From: Nemertoderma westbladi
Taxonomy: Eukaryota; Animalia; Xenacoelomorpha
Direction: 5' to 3'
NCBI GenBank assembly: GCA_032718475.1
Contig: JAUCBJ010008400.1
Span: 20,032 to 84,031 of the forward strand
DNA length: 64,000 nucleotides
Made by a program: the position numbers and the translations under genes. Shown here in pieces: positions 56,069 through 64,000 of the stretch. The notes below the pieces were generated by a model. The model searched no databases, had not been told where the DNA came from, and saw only the letters and a list, made by a program, of their open reading frames with translations. The number at the start of each line of letters is the position of its first letter. Within the stretch, counting starts at the first letter, position 1.

Positions 56069-57135
56069 ATGGCCTTAACGCAAAAAACCGGAGCAACAAA
56101 TAGCTGGAAATTTACTTACAATAAATATACTTGTACCGTCGTTCACAGCAAGTATTTTATTGTGGAATCTCAGGAGGACAACGAATCAATTTGTTTTTCC
56201 CATCAAGATACCCGCTATTTGCTAGACATTCTAGAAACAACAACCAACAACCAACATCAATCCAGACCAGCAATTATACCAGGTAGGATATATGCCGCTC
56301 TTCATTTTGCGCGGGGAAATTTGAATATTTCTATCAACCCCACATCGGGTGATGTTTACGTTCAGAAACAAGGCAAATGTAAAGTCCTCAACAAAGCTTT
56401 TACTGAAGTTCTAATTCAATACAGAGGGAAATTATTGCAATTTCTCTCTCCACCGCTAGAGATTATTAGCGATCAATTCTACATTGAATTATCAAATTGA
56501 ATTATCAAATTGGATTTGTAACAGCTTTTAAAGGAACCAACTATGTTGGCTTATGGAAAATCAGCGTCAGATACACTGATAGTGTTGGTTTTAACTATTA
56601 TATGGGTTTCAATTTGTCAAATCAGGAACTAACCGTTTTGTTGCGAGAGTGGGACACTCAAATTGATGAACCAGACAAGCATCTTTTTGATAAAAATATC
56701 ATTCAATTATCAGACCGTCTCAAAATGATTAAAACCAATAATAAAAAAATTATTATCACCAACACCGATAATTCTACTGAAGTAGGAGCAGGTGGAAATT
56801 CTATTGAGTTGCATTACTTGAATGATAAAGCCCATATTAGTTTTCTCAAAGAGGCTATGGATGGCGTTTCTCTTATTGAAGCCAATGTAGATGGTTTTGT
56901 CCTTTTGGATAAACCTAAAGCATTCGTAGAGATCCCATCACCTAATCCGGATGTTGAAGAGAGTTGCTCTCAACCGCAACAGGTCTTTCCTGAAATATTA
57001 CCTCGGAAGCCAAGATCATCGAGTAAATTTACCAACGCATCACCTGCAAAGAAACAGAAAGTTGCTGTTAACCCAGCTCCAGTAGATCTAGTTACTAATT
57101 CTCCATGGAAACCAGATTATTATCCTAACATGTAA
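56069..57135 (+). pseudogene. Homologue of the 347-aa PC4-like protein, split by a frameshift near 56497
   Basis: NSWKFTYNKYTC vs NTWKFTFNKYTC; GFVTAFKGTNYVGLW vs GFVSKYKGTTYMGLW. Confidence 0.8.
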
Positions 57136-57331
57136 ACCTGATCATAAGTTAAACTCTTTGAGGTTTCCAATACCCATAGGTGATTGGTGTTTGGTGATTG
57201 GTTTAAAATTATTTCACTCGCTAGCATATAAATGTTTAGATATAGTCAATATCATTTCATTTCATTTTATTTTAATCTTTGGAGATATTTTATTATTATT
57301 ATTATTATTATTTATCTAAACAAACTTCAGC

Positions 57332-58101
57332 ATGGATAAAATAACAATATGTTGTTCATTCTGTCATATGAATGTAACTAGACATAATTATTTACGCCAC
57401 CTACGGTCACATTTTGAAGGTTATTCTTGTTTTAAGTGTCACGTCGTGACTTCATGCAGCGAAATTTGTAAACGACATGAATCAACTACTGGTTGTAAAG
57501 AAATGGAGTTCCGTACCTATCAATTGACTTGTTCTACCTGTAATAAAGAGTATACATATGAGAATTATTTACGACACGATTGTCACTTGAAATGTTACTA
57601 CACAAGAAAGCGTAAATTTTCGCAACATAAAAATATATTATCCAGAAAAAAATTAAGGGTGGCTCTTGGTACATGCGCAACAATTTTTACGCGGGAACAA
57701 GAAGCTCACGATAATCGTCTTGAAATTTATGTCCACAACCTCCCAACTTCTAGAGATTATCCCGATGTAGAAACAGCATTAACCCAAATTCGAGGTAATA
57801 TTCTTCAGTTAATATTAGATAGATTGAAAGAAATGAATGTTCTTAGACTGTGGTTAGGTCTAAAAGTATTAATGTACGGATCACATTTTTCAGAAGGCGA
57901 GCAATTGGAAACTTTTTATTTTAATTCTTCCGGTGGTACTATTAATACTGTAGATTCATCACAAAGTTTTGACACATGGTTTGAGTATGTGGTGGAAAAT
58001 ATATTACAAAAAATAGCCATCTTTAACACACGTGGTTCAGGGTGGCGTATTAAATCTTTATTAAGGGTTGAAATTAAATTAGCAGAATCTAAGTGTAGGT
58101 C
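57332..58101 (+). CDS. polB: pPolB of Polinton A, N-terminal part (zinc fingers, pre-exonuclease region), cut by BEL insertion
   Basis: Homologous to the N-terminal ~255 aa of pPolB B, ends ...AESKCR at TSD AGGTC, continuing as RSLLYKGH at 6186. Confidence 0.92.
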
Positions 58102-61100
58102 TGTGTGGACTGTATATGTGTATAAAATGAAGAGTAGGTAAACTCCAACTATCACGGACCCGAGCATATATAATAATAAAATATATATATAGATCAGTTG
58201 TAGATACCGGTATATGTAACAGCAGTCGTTACCGGTACATAACGTTAATACAGCGCAATATAATAGCTGAATACGGTAGGTTAATAACAATAGCTGAATA
58301 GTCAGACAGTCAAAGGCATGGCCTCTTGTAGGTTATGCAATATATATCCAAAGGCAGGGAGACTGAGTCTCGCACATACCCCCACGTCGGGACTGTAGGG
58401 AGCTGAGTCAGTCCCGAAATCTATCAGGTTTACGTATGGTGCGTCCAAAGGAGCTGACCGGCGATGCACTAGTGGGCACATGGTTAACAACTTGGGTTAG
58501 TTGTTTAGTAGGAGTTGTAGATTGAGGAACGGCAGCACCCCCATGATTCAAAGGCACAGAGTTATTGACACTAAGGTCATTTCCCCCACGAATTGAGGTA
58601 GCTGGTTGATTGACCCTGAGGTCATCGCCCTGAATGAACCCCTGGTTTGATAGATGAGAATCGCATTCAAGGGGGACCAAAAGGTGAACAGCCGATGTAG
58701 TTACACGTCCACGTAGGGAGAGTTCAACAGCTCGAGGTTGGCCATCACGAGAGGGCAGAACAGTTGTAACCCTGGCCAATGGCCACTGACCTCTAGGGAG
58801 GTAGCCTCCTTTGAGGTTAGCTCGACGAACTAAGACGAGATCACCAACTGCAGGGACAGATTTAGGAGATTCGCTAGCAGCGGTGCGCCAGGAGCGCAGA
58901 GAAGCAAGGTACTGTGTAGACCATTGTCGCCAAAATTTACAAGCTAGTTGATCCCGAAATAGATTAGCGCGACGGAGCTGAGTAGAGTCTATGGTTGCAG
59001 GGTCAGCAACCGAATCAATGGGTGGGGATCCATATAGGAAGTGACTGGGTGTCAGGGGGTGACAGTCATCAGGATCACTTGAGACCGCAGTGAGTGGACG
59101 GAGGTTGACAACAGCCTCCGCTTCAGTGATAACTGTCGCAAGCTCTGGTTCAGTGAGAGTACGACTATGACAGGTTATCTTGATAGACATCTTCACTGAC
59201 CTGACAAGGCGTTCCCACCAGCCGCCCCAGTGAGGTGAGCGAACAGGGATAAAGGTCCAGGTAATGAAGTGTGATGGAAAACGCATTGCTGAGAGCTTCA
59301 GAAATGTCTTTGCATTGTCCGAGCGAAAGTTAACAGTTGTAAGAGGCCGCACACGACGTGCAAGAAAGCGCCGTATGGCGAGTTGTGTTATAGGAGATGA
59401 TCCGTTTAAAACGAGTTCTAAGTGCACGGCTCGGGATGAGGCGCAGGTACACAAAAGACAAAGACGTTTTGTACCATCTTTTAAAAATAATGGGCCAAAA
59501 AAATCGATACCAGTAGTTTGGAACGGAACCAATGCCTGTGAGCGAAAAGATGGCAAGGCCGATTCAGAGGTATGATAAGGAGTGGCACGGTAGCGTTTGC
59601 AGGAAGAACAGTTAAAAATAATATGGCGAACCAGAGACCGACCGTGTGGAATCCAATATCTGCTGCGCAATAGGGCCAAGGTCGCTTCAGCACCTTGATG
59701 CATGAGGCAGCTATGATATTTTCTGACAAGCAGAGTAGCCAGGTGGCTATATCGAGGAATGATAGGGAGAGGTGGTTCACCAGTGCGGGGAACCAGCACC
59801 AAAACTTTACCCTTGATAGCAGGATGTAAAAGCTTGAGTGGTGATTGAGAAGAAACAGCACTATGTGTTTCCAGATGATGCAAGTCATCATTATAGAACC
59901 GCCGTTGCTCGACTTGGATGAGTAGGCGTAGAGATGAGTCCATCTCTGATCCTGAGAGAGGACCAGTTTTCCGTTCAGTGTCAGATTTCTGACGAATATT
60001 GTTAATATAACGATGGACCCAAGACAAAACTCGGACTGGATGTTCCAATGAGGAGTATTTGGAGAGATCCAGGATATCCCAGTTTGATAGAGGTGCAACT
60101 GGTTCAATAGTTGCAAGTTGAGGAGGTGGCAAAGGTTCCACTGGCCAATAGCAGATGGGCTGAGTCAAGAATGGAGGACCATGAAGGTACAGTGAGTTAT
60201 TACAGAGATCTGATTTTCCACAACCACGGGATGGTATATCGGCAGGATTGAGAGTACCGGGAATAAATCGCCATTGCTGCGGTTCGGTAAGAGAGGCAAT
60301 CTCAGTAAGCCGGTTCGAGACAAAAACATCACGCTTAGCCAAGCCCTTACGTATCCAGACAAGTGTACATTGTGAGTCACTCCACAAGAATATACATCGG
60401 GGTTGAACAATAGCAGTACGAATATGTTTAGAGAATCGTGCTCCAATGAGAGCAGCCATAAGCTCTAACCGAGGAACGGATAGTGAAGATTTCTTAACAG
60501 ATCTCTTAACTGGAGCCGCACGGGCTTTACAAAAATAGAGGATTGGGAGAGAGCCCGGTTGAACTGCATACACAGAAAATGCATAGGCATAGCTAGAAGC
60601 ATCACAGAAGATATGAAAGTCTGTTCCATCCTTCTGGAAGTTTATGCAGCGAGGAATTGAGAACACTGCACTTGACTCAGATACCCAACGCGACCAACAC
60701 TGCTGGAGTTCAAGAGGCAGTTTGTCATCCCAAGATGTTGTAAGAATCCAGGCCCGCTGAAGTAGAATACGTGCTTGAAGAACCCATGGGGCAACAATGC
60801 CTAGGGGGTCGTAGACCTGAGCCGAAATCTGTAGAATTTCCCGACGAGTAAATAGGGTAGGAGTTGGAAGATCTGAAGTGTTTACTGAAAGACTGTCCGT
60901 AATGGTATTCCAAGGAACCCCAAGAACTCTATCAGGGCAGTTAACAACTTTAAGTGTCATACCAGCACCTGCAAGAATTTCTATAGCTGAGTGTAGAAAC
61001 TCCAGGGCTGAATTATAATCAGGATTACTATGCATTATATCATCGCAGTAGAGACTGGCAGTGAGTAATCGAAAGAAGTCTAAGCTGGCATTCTCTTTAA

Positions 61101-64000
61101 CATGTCCAAGAATTGTAGAGTGCAGCTCAAAGGGACTAGAAGTGAGTCCGAAAGGTGTGAAAATAAACTGATATGCTTTACCATCCCAGATAAACTTTGT
61201 CCATTGTCGATCATCAGGATCTAGTTCAATCTGGTGGAAAGCTGCAGCAACATCAGCAACCACAACATACTGATGAAGGCGGTAACGGAGCAGAACATCG
61301 ACCAAAGAGGCCAATAAGTTGGGCCCTGGATCAAGACATGAGTTAAGACTGATACCCTTGGCATCCTGAGCAGAGCCATTAAAGACTACTCGACGTTTCT
61401 CTTTACGAATTGCAAGGTGGTGAGATAAGTAAAACCCAGTATGCTGTGGAGTAGTTGCGAGTTCGATGACCCCATCAGCCTGAAGTTTAACCATCTTCTC
61501 GTTATATATTGCCCAGTCATTAGGAGAGAGGCGGGCGAGAAGTCGTGGTTGTATAGCAGCAACTTTAGAGAAATTACATTGGGGCCTGCGATGTCCAATG
61601 AATGGAAGCTGCACTCGGTAGTGTGGTGGTCGATCAGGGGACCGGGTGGGTGGGGGAAGTTCCGGAGGGGAAACATCCTGAACTCGAACGCCAACTGAGT
61701 CCAAATCCCATATTTGTTGAAGATCAGAGAGGTCACTAATGGCTAGAATTGGTGAGGGAGAGCCAACAGCACGTTGACTATAATAAGGTCCAGAAAAGAT
61801 ACGACCAAAGTAAGTCTCAACAACTATAGGACAATCTGAATAGCCGACAGTGTGACCTGTAACGTTCCAAATTTGGTCGGCACCAATAATAAGAGCAATA
61901 TCCCGTTCTCCACCATCAAAATTATCAGCCCAATGGCCGAAGTTAGCAATGGTGGGAGGCAGAGTGGAGAGATATTCTTGTCGCATGGTAGGACATAGTT
62001 TTTCAGCAGTCCATGCTGTAAGAGTAACAGGTTCTGAGAAATACTGACTGAATAATTGAAACTGAACGAGAGAACGTTCTTCTGTGGTCATTGTATCGTC
62101 AAACGAACCTGTAGTCATTGTCCGTGTTTCAAGACATGGTAGCTTATAGTCACGAACAAAGGAAGTTTTAATATAGGACCGTTTGGATCCATCATCGAGG
62201 TAGACATAAATCCAACAACCAGAATCTGGTCTAGACCCGGGTGAAGTTAGATATGCACGAGCCAGTTTTACAAAGACTTTACAATCTGTGTGAGTCTGTT
62301 CAGGCCGAACCTGTAGCACAGATAGTACAGTTGAATTGCCAGGATTACCTGTATTCGGGATATAGACGCTACTGGAAGGGGGAACAGAGGGTACAGGAAT
62401 AGTGTTTAACTTATTGTGTGAGGGTACTGGAGACAATGTGGAACCAGATTGTTGAACACCAGAATGACCCCTATTAGTTCGATTACGAAGTGAAGACTTC
62501 GAGAAACACAGTAGTGTATGGTGACGCCTATCGCAGTTAGTACATTGGCGTTTGGATTGACAGTCACTGACAGGGTGTAGACCAAAGCAGTTAATACACT
62601 GTAGAGCAGAGCGTACAATAGTAGCACGTGCTGAAGGTGTTTTAGCCAAAAAGGTAGCACAATTTTTATATAAATGGGCTGGAGCATGACAAGCAGGACA
62701 TTTGGACACTGACTCACTCACAGGAAGTGCAACCGAAGTACCAGTTTGGCCACGAGGAGTAAACCCACGGGCATGTGCAGTGTTGTAGTTCGGAGGTGCT
62801 GGAATCGTAATTGATGCTGTACGAGCAGATCTAGAGTTAGAGTTTAATGTAAAGAGAAGCGATTCTTGCGATTCCAGTTCCGTAAATACAAACTTTAGTA
62901 GACTATCGAGGTTAAACCGCTCATCGAGGCTGTTTCTATTCCACAACAGAACAGTTTCGTGTGGAAGTTTCTGGAGCAGAAGTGGTGCCAGGATAAGCGA
63001 GGTTATATCTGTAGATGGCGCATTAGTTGCAGTGGAAGGGTTTATTTCCAATGCGAGTTGACGGATTTGTTGAAGGGCTTCATCGAAGGAGTCCATCGTT
63101 TGTCGGAAGCAACGGACATCATTATCCTTGATCTTAGGCAATGAACAAAGAACACTGGAGTATAAACCAATAAGCAAATAAGGGTTGCCATATCGGCGTT
63201 TTAGTCGTGTAAGTGCAACGGCGTAGTTAGAGGACGAAATTGAGAGGCCCGATAATGCCTCTTTAGCCTCACCTTCGAGGCAACTCTTGAGATAAACAAA
63301 TTTCTGTACCTCAGGAAGTTTGGCCCTATCGTGTATGAGAGCCTTAAACTGTTCCCAGAAAGGACGCCAGTTGAGATATTCCCCCCCAAAGGAAGGAACA
63401 GTTATTTTCGGTAAACCGTGAGTAGGATCATCCGAATGATTTGGCGATGAACATCCGGAGCTGCTGTGGTTAGACCTGTTGGAAGAATAATTATTGTCAA
63501 CGCGTGAGAGTAGTCTCCGAGTTTTAAAGAGAGCCTTATGTAGGTCGCGTTCATATGGAGTGGAGGAGGAGTCATGAAATCCCAACTCGAGGAGTTCCGA
63601 TTCGATTTCGTTTAGACTCTGCTGCTGTAGTTCCGCGAGTTCTATTTGGTAGGCGAGGTCATCCGCAACAACTGTTTTCTCATCCATTACGCGAAAAGAC
63701 TCGAGTTCTGTTATTATGGTACGAGTTTTGCAACGTTCAGCAGCACGGCGTCTCTGAAGTGCTTTGATCCGGGGATCCAGTGTATCCTCATCTGAGTGAT
63801 CAGCTATTAGAGTTTCCTCACTGTAATCGTCAGCATCTCTATTAGAAGCCATATAGACGAGAATCCGGTTCGAAGAATGTGTGGACTGTATATGTGTATA
63901 AAATGAAGAGTAGGTAAACTCCAACTATCACGGACCCGAGCATATATAATAATAAAATATATATATAGATCAGTTGTAGATACCGGTATATGTAACAGCA
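58102..64000 (-). mobile_element. BEL/Pao LTR retrotransposon, apparently intact (3' LTR 58102-58376; 5' LTR from 63878 past window end)
   Basis: LTRs identical where visible, PPT-like GTGGGGGTA, tRNA-Tyr-like PBS TTCTTCGAACCGGATT, single open gag-pol. Confidence 0.96.
58408..63852 (-). CDS. BEL/Pao Gag-Pol polyprotein (Gag, protease, RT, RNase H, integrase)
   Basis: F.G...W..FW..F (Gag), three Zn knuckles, LDDGS protease, YCDD RT, FCDAS RNase H, GIDFFGP / SDNAKTF / GGWWERLV integrase; likely start MASNRD at 63852. Confidence 0.95.
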   Translation of the reverse strand: MASNRDADDYSEETLIADHSDEDTLDPRIKALQRRRAAERCKTRTIITELESFRVMDEKTVVADDLAYQIELAELQQQSLNEIESELLELGFHDSSSTPYERDLHKALFKTRRLLSRVDNNYSSNRSNHSSSGCSSPNHSDDPTHGLPKITVPSFGGEYLNWRPFWEQFKALIHDRAKLPEVQKFVYLKSCLEGEAKEALSGLSISSSNYAVALTRLKRRYGNPYLLIGLYSSVLCSLPKIKDNDVRCFRQTMDSFDEALQQIRQLALEINPSTATNAPSTDITSLILAPLLLQKLPHETVLLWNRNSLDERFNLDSLLKFVFTELESQESLLFTLNSNSRSARTASITIPAPPNYNTAHARGFTPRGQTGTSVALPVSESVSKCPACHAPAHLYKNCATFLAKTPSARATIVRSALQCINCFGLHPVSDCQSKRQCTNCDRRHHTLLCFSKSSLRNRTNRGHSGVQQSGSTLSPVPSHNKLNTIPVPSVPPSSSVYIPNTGNPGNSTVLSVLQVRPEQTHTDCKVFVKLARAYLTSPGSRPDSGCWIYVYLDDGSKRSYIKTSFVRDYKLPCLETRTMTTGSFDDTMTTEERSLVQFQLFSQYFSEPVTLTAWTAEKLCPTMRQEYLSTLPPTIANFGHWADNFDGGERDIALIIGADQIWNVTGHTVGYSDCPIVVETYFGRIFSGPYYSQRAVGSPSPILAISDLSDLQQIWDLDSVGVRVQDVSPPELPPPTRSPDRPPHYRVQLPFIGHRRPQCNFSKVAAIQPRLLARLSPNDWAIYNEKMVKLQADGVIELATTPQHTGFYLSHHLAIRKEKRRVVFNGSAQDAKGISLNSCLDPGPNLLASLVDVLLRYRLHQYVVVADVAAAFHQIELDPDDRQWTKFIWDGKAYQFIFTPFGLTSSPFELHSTILGHVKENASLDFFRLLTASLYCDDIMHSNPDYNSALEFLHSAIEILAGAGMTLKVVNCPDRVLGVPWNTITDSLSVNTSDLPTPTLFTRREILQISAQVYDPLGIVAPWVLQARILLQRAWILTTSWDDKLPLELQQCWSRWVSESSAVFSIPRCINFQKDGTDFHIFCDASSYAYAFSVYAVQPGSLPILYFCKARAAPVKRSVKKSSLSVPRLELMAALIGARFSKHIRTAIVQPRCIFLWSDSQCTLVWIRKGLAKRDVFVSNRLTEIASLTEPQQWRFIPGTLNPADIPSRGCGKSDLCNNSLYLHGPPFLTQPICYWPVEPLPPPQLATIEPVAPLSNWDILDLSKYSSLEHPVRVLSWVHRYINNIRQKSDTERKTGPLSGSEMDSSLRLLIQVEQRRFYNDDLHHLETHSAVSSQSPLKLLHPAIKGKVLVLVPRTGEPPLPIIPRYSHLATLLVRKYHSCLMHQGAEATLALLRSRYWIPHGRSLVRHIIFNCSSCKRYRATPYHTSESALPSFRSQALVPFQTTGIDFFGPLFLKDGTKRLCLLCTCASSRAVHLELVLNGSSPITQLAIRRFLARRVRPLTTVNFRSDNAKTFLKLSAMRFPSHFITWTFIPVRSPHWGGWWERLVRSVKMSIKITCHSRTLTEPELATVITEAEAVVNLRPLTAVSSDPDDCHPLTPSHFLYGSPPIDSVADPATIDSTQLRRANLFRDQLACKFWRQWSTQYLASLRSWRTAASESPKSVPAVGDLVLVRRANLKGGYLPRGQWPLARVTTVLPSRDGQPRAVELSLRGRVTTSAVHLLVPLECDSHLSNQGFIQGDDLRVNQPATSIRGGNDLSVNNSVPLNHGGAAVPQSTTPTKQLTQVVNHVPTSASPVSSFGRTIRKPDRFRD

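Larger units (their letters stand above)
54946..58101. mobile_element. Polinton A pPolB-side end (terminus, PC4-like gene, pPolB N-terminus), inverted relative to 1-6186
   Basis: AGTAGT terminus at 54946, subterminal homology to Polinton B 27470-27800, genes homologous to B 43166-44209 and pPolB N-terminus. Confidence 0.85.

Overview
Eukaryotic (animal-like, AT-rich) transposon cluster with no recognisable host gene. It contains: (1) a complete 17.9-kb Polinton/Maverick (adintovirus-like endogenous virus, 'B', 27132-45074) with 315-bp AGTAGT-terminated TIRs, a 6-bp TSD and the virion module (packaging ATPase, integrase, two tandem minor capsid genes, major capsid, adenain protease, pPolB). 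It also carries unusual cargo: a TATA-binding-protein homologue, a PC4-like protein and a RING finger. (2) A second, diverged Polinton ('A') whose pPolB was interrupted by an intact BEL/Pao retrotransposon. Its two halves now lie about 52 kb apart in opposite orientations (1-6186 and 54946-58101), most simply explained by an LTR-LTR recombination inversion. (3) A young pol-less LTR element (9069-16178) with about 23 repeated GGYAC/GTRCC hairpins and a covarying 3' RNA structure, nested in a relative. (4) An inverted repeat carrying two tRNA-like Pol III head + hammerhead ribozyme cassettes. (5) Penelope, RTE and other LINE fragments, nested non-autonomous DNA transposons and minisatellites. 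All protein calls rest on motif recognition by eye; no database searches were run.
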